A stretch of 64,000 nt of DNA from an uncultured Flavobacteriales bacterium (GCA_913063045.1 CAJXYM010000004.1:27144-91143); one strand, 5' to 3'. Shown: positions 9,455-18,783, counted from the first letter of the stretch. The notes: generated by a model not told the origin, from the letters alone. Program-made: numbers and translations.

Positions 9455-10726
9455 ATGAAAAATAAGAAGGCAATATATTTATTATTCTTGTCAAATATCA
9501 TTTCTGGACTTGCTCAAGGTATTAGTATGATAGCCATCCCATGGTATTTTATTGAAATTGTTGAAGCATCTGATTTTTTTGTTTATTCCTATATCATTAT
9601 TACAATTGGAACATTGTTTTGGGGTATTTATGCAGGTGCATTAATTGACCGCTACTCTAGAAAAAAAATTTTTATTATCACTAATTTAGTTTGTGGTATT
9701 TTTATTGGATTAATTGCCATTTATGGGCAAATGAATGGTACTCTTTCTAATATTATGGTTGTATCTGTTTTTGCTGTTACTATTTTTAACTATAATATTC
9801 ATTATCCTAACCTATATGCGTTCGGGCAGGAGATAACAGAAAAGAAGATGTATGGTAAACTTAATTCTTACATTGAGGTACAAGGACAAACGACAAGTGT
9901 TTTAGCTGGTGCTTTTGCTGCTATATTATTAACTGGAACAACAGATCAGAGTCTGGAAATAGCAGGTTTTAATTTTAATCTTCCTTTTGATGTGACTAAA
10001 TGGGCTATACATGATATATTTCTTTTGGATGCATTCACATATTTAATTGTTATTGGTATTTTCTCACTCATAAAATATCAGCCAATTTCAAATTATGATA
10101 TACATGTGGGTAGTTTAATATCTAGGCTTAAAGTTGGTTTTGATTATCTTAGATCTAATAAGACAGTTTTTATTTTTGGATTAACATCTTATATGCTTTT
10201 TGCTTTTACTTTGGTTGAATTACACGTTGTTCTACCTTCTTATGTTCATGATTTTTTAGCTGCCGATGGAAATGTTTATGCATCCTCTGAAGTTTATTAT
10301 TCATTAGGGGCTATCTTTTCTGGAGTTTTAATACTTAGAATTTTTAAAAGAATTAATTCCTTTTACAGCGTTATAATTTTAATGTTCTTTGTTTCTCTAG
10401 CTTTCTTATCTATGACATTCTATAAGTTACTATGGGTTTTCTTTTTAGGAAATTTAATTTTAGGTGTTACAAATGCTGGTGTTAGAATTGTGAGGACAAC
10501 ATACTTATTTAATAATGTTCCAAACAACTTAATCGGAAGAGTTACTTCTGTTTTTAGTTCTTTAAATATTGTTGTTAGAGTTGTTTTAATATCAATACTA
10601 TCTTTAAGCTTCTTTGATTTTGAGGATAATATAAGATGGGCTTATTTTATTGGAGTAATTTTAATGATAGTTTCTATAAGTATTTTGTTATATACTTACT
10701 TCTACGTCAATAAAAAAAAGGTTTAA
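9455..10726 (+). CDS. MFS transporter
   Basis: 423 aa, about 12 hydrophobic segments, MFS loop motif DRYSRKK. Confidence 0.8.
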   Translation: MKNKKAIYLLFLSNIISGLAQGISMIAIPWYFIEIVEASDFFVYSYIIITIGTLFWGIYAGALIDRYSRKKIFIITNLVCGIFIGLIAIYGQMNGTLSNIMVVSVFAVTIFNYNIHYPNLYAFGQEITEKKMYGKLNSYIEVQGQTTSVLAGAFAAILLTGTTDQSLEIAGFNFNLPFDVTKWAIHDIFLLDAFTYLIVIGIFSLIKYQPISNYDIHVGSLISRLKVGFDYLRSNKTVFIFGLTSYMLFAFTLVELHVVLPSYVHDFLAADGNVYASSEVYYSLGAIFSGVLILRIFKRINSFYSVIILMFFVSLAFLSMTFYKLLWVFFLGNLILGVTNAGVRIVRTTYLFNNVPNNLIGRVTSVFSSLNIVVRVVLISILSLSFFDFEDNIRWAYFIGVILMIVSISILLYTYFYVNKKKV

Positions 10727-12261
10727 AGGTCTTTTTTAACAATACTATACTGAAGTAAGTGTAGTCTTTCATCACCAATGACAGTAATATTTTTGTCAAA
10801 CTTTTTGCTCCACTTATATCTAATAGAAGAAAATGGCCATCCTTTATTAATATGACTAGCTACAAACGGATGTGTTGCAATATGTATTTTATTGTTATCA
10901 GATTCCGAAAGGTTCTCTACTTTGTGTTCAATCTGATCAATTAACAGTAAACTAGAGTTTATTTCGCCAGTACCGCTGCACATAGCACACTTTTCTTTAG
11001 TATCTATAGTCATGGCAGGTCTGACTCTTTGTCTTGTTATTTGAATAAGTCCAAATTTTGTAGGAGGAAGAATATTATGCTTAGCTTTATCCGTACTCAT
11101 TGCCTGCTTAAGGCATTCAAATAATTTCTTGCGATTTTTTTCTAATTTTAAATCTATAAAATCTACCACAATAATTCCGCCCATATCTCTTAGCCTTAGC
11201 TGACGTGCAACTTCTTTAGCTGATTCTAGATTTACATCAAGAGCATTTTCTTCCTGATTTTTTTTCGCATCTACTTTTTTCCCGCTATTTACATCTATAA
11301 CATGTAGTGCTTCAGTGTGTTCAATGACAAGATAAGTACCGTTTTTCATAGTAACTGCTTTTCCGAAAGATCCCTTGATTTGTTTTGTTACGTTATATTT
11401 CTGAAAAATAGGAGTTTCATCTTTGTATAGTTTTACATTTAATTCCTGATCAGGAGATATCCTAGCAAGATAATCTTGAAGTTCTACCTGAGTTTCTTTA
11501 TCATTGACAATAATATTATTAAACTTTGCATCTAGTAAATCTCTTAATATTGCAGAAGCTCGACTTAGTTCTCCTAAAATTTTATTTGGCGCTTTTTCTC
11601 CTTTAAGTTTTTTGCTAATTATTTGCCATTTTTTATATAGATTTTTTAAATCTCGATCTAGTTCAGCAACTTTTTTTCCAGTAGCTACAGTTCTAATTAT
11701 TACGCCAAAACCAGGAGGCTTAATACTCTTAATTAAGTTTTTAAGTCTAGATTTTTCTGCATTATCTCCTATCTTCTGAGATATTGAAACTCTATCTGAA
11801 AAAGGTATTAAAACCATGTATCTACCTGCTAGAGAGATTTCTGTAGTAAGTCTAGGACCTTTAGTAGAAATTGGTTCTTTAGAGATTTGAAGAAGTAAAT
11901 GATCGCCTGACTTTATAGTTTCAGCAATCTTTCCATCTTTTTCTATTTTTTTCTCTAATTTAAAATTTTTGAGAGAGGCAGTGTTTAATTTACTTGAAAT
12001 AGATTTCTCCGTAAATTTTTTGAAAGAATTTATCTCGCTACCTAGATCTAAGTAGTGAAGAAATCCATCTTTTTCATAACCTACATTTACAAATGCAGCG
12101 TTTAAACCAGGAACTACTTTCTTGGCTTTTCCTAAATATATGTCTCCTACTGAAAAGTTATTATCGTGCTTTTGTTTGTGTAGTTCAATTAACTGACCAT
12201 CACACAAAAGTGCAATTACTACTTCAGAAGGCCTTGAATCGATTATGAGATCGAATTTCAT
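10723..12261 (-). CDS. rng: Ribonuclease E/G family protein
   Basis: N-terminal S1 domain (GDIYLGKAKKVVPGLNAAFVNVG) and RNase E/G catalytic core (HVIDVNSGK). 512 aa. Confidence 0.85.
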   Translation of the reverse strand: MKFDLIIDSRPSEVVIALLCDGQLIELHKQKHDNNFSVGDIYLGKAKKVVPGLNAAFVNVGYEKDGFLHYLDLGSEINSFKKFTEKSISSKLNTASLKNFKLEKKIEKDGKIAETIKSGDHLLLQISKEPISTKGPRLTTEISLAGRYMVLIPFSDRVSISQKIGDNAEKSRLKNLIKSIKPPGFGVIIRTVATGKKVAELDRDLKNLYKKWQIISKKLKGEKAPNKILGELSRASAILRDLLDAKFNNIIVNDKETQVELQDYLARISPDQELNVKLYKDETPIFQKYNVTKQIKGSFGKAVTMKNGTYLVIEHTEALHVIDVNSGKKVDAKKNQEENALDVNLESAKEVARQLRLRDMGGIIVVDFIDLKLEKNRKKLFECLKQAMSTDKAKHNILPPTKFGLIQITRQRVRPAMTIDTKEKCAMCSGTGEINSSLLLIDQIEHKVENLSESDNNKIHIATHPFVASHINKGWPFSSIRYKWSKKFDKNITVIGDERLHLLQYSIVKKDL

Positions 12262-12300
12262 AGCTTTTTATTTCTGATTAAACAGATTTATAAAAACAAT

Positions 12301-12390
12301 TTATTTGTTTTTATGTCTGTTTTTACGTGAGCGTTTTTTACGCTTGTGTGTAGCAATTTTTAATCTTTTCTTTTTCTTAGCTCCTGACAT
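12301..12390 (-). CDS. 29-aa hyper-basic microprotein, possibly a bS22/mS38 (AURKAIP1/COX24)-like ribosomal peptide
   Basis: Hand translation: MSGAKKKKRLKIATHKRKKRSRKNRHKNK (16 of 29 residues are K/R). Same strand as the flanking hup and rng genes. Too short for the ORF track. Confidence 0.5.
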   Translation of the reverse strand: MSGAKKKKRLKIATHKRKKRSRKNRHKNK

Positions 12391-12424
12391 CTTAAAATCT
12401 TTTTTAACTTTTAATGAAAAAAGT

Positions 12425-12709
12425 TTAGTTTACTTTCTTTTTTACCTCTTGCAAAAATATTTTTGCAGGTTTAAATGAAGGGATATGGTGCTCAGGTATA
12501 ACGATCGTTGTGTTCTTCTTGATATTTCTTCCTGTTTTTTTAGCTCTTTTTTTTGCTTTAAAAGTCCCAAATCCTCTTAAAAAAACTGATTCATTTTCTG
12601 AAACTGAATCTTTAATTTCATTCATAAATGCTTCTACTACAGTCAGAGTTGTGATTTTTTCTACCCCCGTCATCGCTGAAATCTTACTAACCACTTCTGC
12701 TTTCGTCAT
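12425..12709 (-). CDS. hup: HU family DNA-binding protein
   Basis: 94 aa with an HU fold pattern: LRGFGTFKAKKRAKKTGRNIKKNTTIVIPEHHIPSFKPAK. Confidence 0.9.
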   Translation of the reverse strand: MTKAEVVSKISAMTGVEKITTLTVVEAFMNEIKDSVSENESVFLRGFGTFKAKKRAKKTGRNIKKNTTIVIPEHHIPSFKPAKIFLQEVKKKVN

Positions 12710-12747
12710 TCTATTTATCTTTTAAATTTTAACTAATTTTGAGTTTG

Positions 12748-12755
12748 CAAATATA
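12748..12755 (-). promoter_or_regulatory. Bacteroidetes -7 promoter box TATATTTG for hup
   Basis: Exact TAnnTTTG match on the minus strand, about 38 nt upstream of the hup ATG. Confidence 0.4.
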
Positions 12756-12820
12756 TTAATTATTATGTTTAAAAAAGTTTTAATTTTCTTTTCTTTTTAT
12801 TTAATCCATATGCTTTGGCT

Positions 12821-13864
12821 ATGAATTTTAGTGATGAACTAATTATTTGGTATGAAGATCATAAAAGAGATTTGCCTTTTAGACATACTAATAATCCGTA
12901 TAAAATTTGGTTATCTGAAATTATTCTACAGCAAACTAAAGTGGATCAAGGTCTTCCGTATTATTATAAATTTATTGATAAATTTCCCGATATTACTTCG
13001 CTTGCAAATGCTGATGAAGATTTAGTTTTGAAATTATGGCAAGGTTTAGGGTATTATTCTAGAGCTCGAAATTTACATTTTAGTGCTAAATTTATTAGAG
13101 ATAATTATAACGGTATTTTCCCTGATTCATATAAGCAAATATTATCCCTTAAAGGGGTTGGTCTTTATACTGCCGCAGCTATCTCATCATTTGCATTTAA
13201 TTTACCCTATTCTGTTGTAGATGGAAATGTGATTCGTGTTCTTTCACGCGTATTTGGTATTTCAACAGAATTTGACACTAATTATGGTATTAATGAGTTT
13301 AGGGTTTTAGCACAAGATCTACTTCCTGAAAATAATCATGCTATATACAATCAAGCAATAATGGAGTTTGGAGCATTATCATGTAAGCCTAAGAAGCCGT
13401 TATGTTCTGATTGTATTTTTGATTCTAATTGTTATGCCTTAAAGAATGATTTAGTATATAAACTTCCGAAGAAAAAAAATAAAATTAAAGTAAGAGATCG
13501 ATTTATTCACTTTCTAATAATAAATAAGAATAAAAAGATTTATCTTTCTAAGAATAGCGAAGGAGTTTGGACTGGTCTATATCAATTTCCATATTTAGAA
13601 TTAGATAAACAGTATAGTAATGATGATGTGGAGAAATCTGACGCATGGAGTTCTTTTTTTCAGGATTCCCCCTATTTAATTACTAGAGTCTCAACTGCGA
13701 TTAAGCATAAATTATCGCATCAAAGATTGAGTGTAGTTTTTTGGCATATAACATCTGATGAAATTATTTTAGATAAATTTAATTTATTTGATCCTAAATT
13801 AATTTCAGATTTACCCGTTTCTAGGTTAACGGACAAATATTTGTTAGTTAATTCTATAAATTAA
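12821..13864 (+). CDS. mutY: A/G-specific adenine DNA glycosylase MutY
   Basis: HhH-GPD motif (LKGVGLYTAAAISSFAF). 4Fe-4S cluster Cys spacing C-x6-C-x2-C-x5-C (CKPKKPLCSDCIFDSNC). NUDIX-like C-terminal domain. I prefer the ATG at 12821 to the track's TTG at 12815. Confidence 0.85.
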   Translation: MNFSDELIIWYEDHKRDLPFRHTNNPYKIWLSEIILQQTKVDQGLPYYYKFIDKFPDITSLANADEDLVLKLWQGLGYYSRARNLHFSAKFIRDNYNGIFPDSYKQILSLKGVGLYTAAAISSFAFNLPYSVVDGNVIRVLSRVFGISTEFDTNYGINEFRVLAQDLLPENNHAIYNQAIMEFGALSCKPKKPLCSDCIFDSNCYALKNDLVYKLPKKKNKIKVRDRFIHFLIINKNKKIYLSKNSEGVWTGLYQFPYLELDKQYSNDDVEKSDAWSSFFQDSPYLITRVSTAIKHKLSHQRLSVVFWHITSDEIILDKFNLFDPKLISDLPVSRLTDKYLLVNSIN

Positions 13865-13894
13865 ATTTTGTTACATTTGTTAAAAATTCAAAAA

Positions 13895-14275
13895 TTGTCT
13901 GGAGTAAATAAAGTTATATTAATTGGAAATTTAGGTAAAGACCCAGATATTAGATATTTAGATAATGGTGTAGCTGTTGCAAATATGTCTATCGCAACAA
14001 CGGAAAATTATAAAAATAAAAAAGGAGATCGTGTAAGTCAGACTGAGTGGCATGAGATTGTTTTATGGCGTGGGCTTGCTGAAATTGCTGAAAAATATTT
14101 AAAAAAAGGCTCTAGTGTTTATATTGAAGGTAAGATTAGAACTAATAAATGGGTTGATAAAGAAGGTGTAACCAGAAATAAGGTAGAGATAATGGCTGAT
14201 AAGATGAATATGTTGTCTAAATCTATAAATAATGAAGATGTTTCTGATAATTCTCTCGATGATTTACCATTTTAA
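13895..14275 (+). CDS. ssb: Single-stranded DNA-binding protein
   Basis: OB-fold N-terminus (M)[17 protein letters not shown] and acidic tail ending DDLPF. The in-frame TTG at 13895 gives a canonical N-terminus; the track start is 13868. Confidence 0.9.
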   Translation: MSGVNKVILIGNLGKDPDIRYLDNGVAVANMSIATTENYKNKKGDRVSQTEWHEIVLWRGLAEIAEKYLKKGSSVYIEGKIRTNKWVDKEGVTRNKVEIMADKMNMLSKSINNEDVSDNSLDDLPF

Positions 14276-14291
14276 ATAATCCTATTATACA

Positions 14292-15614
14292 TTGAAAGAA
14301 GATCCCCTTCCCATATTATTAAATTTTTTTTCCGGAATTGAATTACATTCAATCAATTTTGAAAATCTTTTATTTATTTTATTACTTCTATTATTAATTA
14401 TTTTATCTGCTTTAATCTCTGGTGCTGAAGTTGCTTTTTTTGCTCTTGGCTCAAATGATATTGAAGAACTAGAAAAGTCTAAGAAAAAACATAAATATAT
14501 ACTTAAGTTGCTTGAAAAGCCAAACTCCCTTTTGGCAACAATTTTAATAGCAAATAATTTCATTAATGTTTCCATTGTTATTATAGCTTCTTTTTTAACT
14601 GATATTTTGATTGAATTTCCTCAAGGGTCTGCTATTGAATTTATTTTTCAAGTTATTCTTATAACATCTGTCTTGTTATTTTTTGGAGAAATAACGCCAA
14701 AGCTATATTCAAACCAAAACCCAATAAAATTTAGCTTAATGATGAGTTATCCATTATTTCTTTTGAACATTGTTTTTTACCCATTAAGTTTTATCTTAGT
14801 TTCCTCTACAAGGATTATTGAAAAAAGATTAGGTTATAAAGGGGATGATATAAATGTTGAGGAAATATCTAAAGCTTTAGATTTAACTTCCGATCTTTCT
14901 AAGGGTAAAGAGGATAAAATATTAAGAAGTATTGTTGAGTTTGGGAATACAGACGTTAAAGAAATCATGAAATCAAGAGTAGATGTTGTGGCTATTGATA
15001 AAAATGAAGTTTATACAAATGTTTTGAAAGTAGTTGTTTCTTCAGGATACTCAAGAATTCCAGTTTTTGAAGATCAGTTTGATAATATTTTAGGAATTCT
15101 TTATATAAAAGACCTTATTCCTTTTTTAGATCAAGATGATAGTTTTAATTGGCTTGAGCTCTGTAGACCTTCAATTTTTGTTCCAGAAACTAAAATGATT
15201 AATCTTTTACTAAAAGAATTTCAATCTAAAAAAAATCATATAGCAATTGTTGTAGATGAGTATGGAGGGGCTTCTGGTATTGTAACTTTAGAAGATGTTT
15301 TGGAAGAGATTGTTGGAGAAATTAATGATGAATTTGATAATGAATACACTAATTATTCAAAACTTGATTCTGAAAATTATATTTTTGAGGGTAAAACATT
15401 GTTAAATGATTTTTTAAAGATTGTAGAGGGTAATCTTGGGTCTTTAGATGAATTAAAAGGTGAGTCTGATTCTATCGCAGGTCTTATTTTAGAAAATACA
15501 GGCAAGATCCCAAGTATTGGAGAAGAAATTGTTATTACTCCATATACTTTTAAAGTTGAATCCGTAGATCTTAGACGAATAAAAAGAGTAAAAGTTACTA
15601 TAAATGAAATATAA
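14292..15614 (+). CDS. gldE: Gliding motility-associated protein GldE (CNNM/CorC-HlyC family)
   Basis: DUF21 TM domain, two CBS domains and a CorC_HlyC C-terminal domain. The ssb-gldE-gldD order matches the arrangement I recall for Flavobacterium johnsoniae. TTG start. Confidence 0.8.
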   Translation: MKEDPLPILLNFFSGIELHSINFENLLFILLLLLLIILSALISGAEVAFFALGSNDIEELEKSKKKHKYILKLLEKPNSLLATILIANNFINVSIVIIASFLTDILIEFPQGSAIEFIFQVILITSVLLFFGEITPKLYSNQNPIKFSLMMSYPLFLLNIVFYPLSFILVSSTRIIEKRLGYKGDDINVEEISKALDLTSDLSKGKEDKILRSIVEFGNTDVKEIMKSRVDVVAIDKNEVYTNVLKVVVSSGYSRIPVFEDQFDNILGILYIKDLIPFLDQDDSFNWLELCRPSIFVPETKMINLLLKEFQSKKNHIAIVVDEYGGASGIVTLEDVLEEIVGEINDEFDNEYTNYSKLDSENYIFEGKTLLNDFLKIVEGNLGSLDELKGESDSIAGLILENTGKIPSIGEEIVITPYTFKVESVDLRRIKRVKVTINEI

Positions 15615-16149
15615 GATCTTCTTTTTATTATTAATGTTTGCTTGTAGTTCTAATTACACGCCTAAGCCTAGAGCTTATGTTAAAATTAATCTACCTATAA
15701 AAGAATATTTATTCTTTGACTCAGATGAGTTCCAACTAAATTTTAAATACCCTAAATATTCTGATATTCAGATCGCTGAAAAATCTAATTTCATTAATGT
15801 TAATTTTAAGAGTTTCTCTGGTATTCTGCACCTTACTTATGTAAAGCTTAATAATAATTTATATGATCATATTGAAGATTCAAGATCTCTTGCTTATAAG
15901 CATAATGTTCAAGCTAATTCTATTAGTGAACAAGTTTATATTGATTCTGAGAACAAAGTTTTTGGTATGCTTTACGACTATTCAGGCGTGACCGCTACAT
16001 CAACACAGTTTTATTTAACAGACAGTATTAGTCATTTTCTAAGAGGTTCGTTTTATTTTGACACCGAAATAAATGATTCAATTGTTCCTGTAAATATATT
16101 TATTAAAGAAGATGTTAGATTTCTAGTTGAAAGTGTTAGATGGGAATAA
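15604..16149 (+). CDS. gldD: Gliding motility lipoprotein GldD
   Basis: Signal peptide plus lipobox (LLLMFACSS), then PKPRAYVKINLP, typical of GldD. 11-nt overlap with gldE. Confidence 0.75.
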   Translation: MKYKIFFLLLMFACSSNYTPKPRAYVKINLPIKEYLFFDSDEFQLNFKYPKYSDIQIAEKSNFINVNFKSFSGILHLTYVKLNNNLYDHIEDSRSLAYKHNVQANSISEQVYIDSENKVFGMLYDYSGVTATSTQFYLTDSISHFLRGSFYFDTEINDSIVPVNIFIKEDVRFLVESVRWE

Positions 16150-17018
16150 TGAATAAAACTTATTTAAATTATCTTCTTTTATTTCTGCTAGCACTAATCT
16201 GGGGAAGTTCATTTATTCTAATGAAGAAAGCATTAATTGTTTACTCTGACACACAAGTTGCTGCTTTAAGGTTATTAATTGCTTTCATTGCTTTGAGTCC
16301 ATTTATTATTAGAGCATTTTCTAAAGTACAAAAAAAGCATTTTTTCCCCATTATTTTAACTGCATTTTTTGGCAATGGTATTCCTGCATTCCTGTTTACT
16401 AAAGCACAGACCGTACTAGACAGCTCTCTGGTTGGGATTTTGAATTCACTTACCCCACTTTTTACATTATTGTTAGCAGTGCTTTTTTTTAAGAATAAAA
16501 TTAAATCTATTAATATAGCTGGAATATTACTTGGACTTGTTGGCGCTGTATATTTAAATATTGTCTTATCTAATTTTGAATTTCAGCTAAATTTTTATGC
16601 ATTACTTATTGTTCTTGCCACTTTATTTTACGCTATTAGTGTCAATATTATTAAAAATTATCTTTATGATTTAGATTCAGTGTCTATTGCTTCATTAGCA
16701 TTTTTATTTTTAGGGCCTTTTTCAGCAATTTATTTATTTTTCACAGATTTTACTCAAATTTATAATAGTGAAAAAGGAATTGAAGCTCTTTTTTATGTAA
16801 TTATTTTATCTGTAATAGGAACTGCCTTAGCACTAATCATATTTAATAAACTAATAAAAAGAACCTCAGCAGTTTTTGCCTCTTCAGTAACTTATTTAAT
16901 TCCTATCGTTGCAATATTATGGGGCGTATTTGATGGAGAAGAAATTAGTATGCAGTTTTATGCAGGAACACTTATTATATTATTGGCTATTTTCATGGTT
17001 AATAAAAAGGTAAAGTGA
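16140..17018 (+). CDS. EamA/DMT family transporter
   Basis: 292 aa, about 10 TM segments in two EamA-like halves. Confidence 0.8.
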   Translation: MGIMNKTYLNYLLLFLLALIWGSSFILMKKALIVYSDTQVAALRLLIAFIALSPFIIRAFSKVQKKHFFPIILTAFFGNGIPAFLFTKAQTVLDSSLVGILNSLTPLFTLLLAVLFFKNKIKSINIAGILLGLVGAVYLNIVLSNFEFQLNFYALLIVLATLFYAISVNIIKNYLYDLDSVSIASLAFLFLGPFSAIYLFFTDFTQIYNSEKGIEALFYVIILSVIGTALALIIFNKLIKRTSAVFASSVTYLIPIVAILWGVFDGEEISMQFYAGTLIILLAIFMVNKKVK

Positions 17019-17019
17019 T

Positions 17020-18783
17020 TTATTTAAAAATTATCTTTTTCTCTGTTGTGTTATCATCATAGATATATAGATATATTCCGTATGTAAGATTAGAATGTGT
17101 TCGTCCAAGTACATCAATTACTTTAACTATTTTTTTATTTATTATTTGATTATCTAAAACAGATGTATTGTTTTCAGAGAGATTAATATTATCAAGGAAA
17201 AGGTTGTTTTCATATTGATTAATATTTCTAAATTTAATTGCAAAGTCATCTTGGTTCGTAAAGTTTGAAAGATCTAAAGTATTTGAATCCCAATCATTAT
17301 TATTATTGGGTGTCCAGGAAAAACCGTTGTAACTTGGTGAAGTTGTTACTAGGTTAAGTCCTGCCTTTTCCCAAATTATTTGCCATGAATTTCCGCAATC
17401 CTCAGAAATATAAATTTGTAATGTGTCAGACCAGCTCTGATTTGATGAAGGGTTTGTCCACAAACTATAAGCATGATCGAAGGTTAAATAAATACTTGAA
17501 AAGGAAGTTAAATCTAATGTTGGAAGAACTAAATCATCATATTCTCCATTAGCAGAGTATTCAGCATTATTGATGTAAATAGATGAATTGCTATTGTAAC
17601 CTGCGCTATTTGTTAATTCCCATGTATCATTACCATCATTATTTATAATTGTCCAATTGGGTAATCCCGATTGAAAGTTTTCAACTAAAGGAGGTGTTCC
17701 AGATGCACAAAAACAAGATACTTGGCATGTATTTAAATCTGAATAATTTCCATTTCCATTTAATGGGTCTACACAATTTCCATTAATACAATTCCATGAA
17801 GGTATAGGAGGGGTATTGCTACATAAATTATGATTTAGAAGATTAGATCTATACTGATTAATTGCTGCTGTCATACGAGCCTTTTGACCTAAGGTAAATA
17901 AATTCATGCATCCATCATTGGTGTAATCCATGTAATTCATAAACATATCCCCAGCACTATTGGAAGTCCCGCAACTATTAGCATTGTGTGGAAATGCAGG
18001 ACAACTATAATTTTCTTCTTCTTGAGTGGGTGTGTCATTAATATTATCATTACCACAATTACCTCCATTACCCCAAATATGATCTAAATTAAGCCAGTGC
18101 CCTACTTCGTGAGTAGCTGTTCTTCCTTTGTTGTATGGAGACTGTACTGTTCCCTGCGTTCCGAAATATTTATATCCAATTACTACACCATCTTCTGGAT
18201 TATTAAAGCTTGAAGGGGGAGTTGCATATCCTAAAATTCCGCCAGATAAATCACATACCCAAATATTTAAGTAGTCATCTTGGTCCCAAGGATTAATCCC
18301 TCCATTTGTCGAGGATTTCATATTATCTGTTTGAATAGAAAATGATGTTTGACTAGTTTGTGTTCTAGTTATTCCTGAGGTGAAAGCTCCATTAGGGTCA
18401 ACAGTGGCCAGACAGAATTCAATTTCAGTGTCTGCAGCTACGTTTGTCCATACACTTGGGGTCATTATTGCATCAATATTTGTCCTTCTAAAGTCAGCAT
18501 TTAAGACGTCAATTTGAGAAAATATTTGTTGATCAGAAATATTTTCCTGTGAAGTATTCCAAACAACATGAACTACAACAGGAATTGTAATAATAGTTTT
18601 CTGATTTTTATTATAATATTTTTTTAACCACTTAGCTGTTTCTATATTTGTATTTTTTCTAAGTTCTTTATACTGGGGATACTTTTCTTTAATAATATTT
18701 ACATGCTCATCAGTTGAACATCTTTGCTGAGAGAAAATATTAAAGCTTAAAAATAATCCTAGAATTAAAAGATAACTCTTCAT
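17020..18783 (-). CDS. Secreted M43 (pappalysin/cytophagalysin-like) zinc metalloprotease with a T9SS C-terminal sorting domain
   Basis: Signal peptide. Motif HEVGHWLNLDHIWG (HExxHxxxxxH). Cys-rich linker. A beta-sandwich region (ENFQSGLPNWTIINNDGNDTWEL...) resembling choice-of-anchor J/MAM domains. The C-terminal ~70 aa look like a Por-secretion CTD (GIYLYIY...KKIIFK). Confidence 0.75.
   Translation of the reverse strand: MKSYLLILGLFLSFNIFSQQRCSTDEHVNIIKEKYPQYKELRKNTNIETAKWLKKYYNKNQKTIITIPVVVHVVWNTSQENISDQQIFSQIDVLNADFRRTNIDAIMTPSVWTNVAADTEIEFCLATVDPNGAFTSGITRTQTSQTSFSIQTDNMKSSTNGGINPWDQDDYLNIWVCDLSGGILGYATPPSSFNNPEDGVVIGYKYFGTQGTVQSPYNKGRTATHEVGHWLNLDHIWGNGGNCGNDNINDTPTQEEENYSCPAFPHNANSCGTSNSAGDMFMNYMDYTNDGCMNLFTLGQKARMTAAINQYRSNLLNHNLCSNTPPIPSWNCINGNCVDPLNGNGNYSDLNTCQVSCFCASGTPPLVENFQSGLPNWTIINNDGNDTWELTNSAGYNSNSSIYINNAEYSANGEYDDLVLPTLDLTSFSSIYLTFDHAYSLWTNPSSNQSWSDTLQIYISEDCGNSWQIIWEKAGLNLVTTSPSYNGFSWTPNNNNDWDSNTLDLSNFTNQDDFAIKFRNINQYENNLFLDNINLSENNTSVLDNQIINKKIVKVIDVLGRTHSNLTYGIYLYIYDDNTTEKKIIFK

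Noticed and set aside
12767-12824. 19-codon uORF (MFKKVLIFFSFYLIHMLWL) whose TGA overlaps the mutY ATG.
   Set aside because: It is very short, lies in AT-rich sequence, and has no supporting promoter geometry. It cannot be distinguished from chance.
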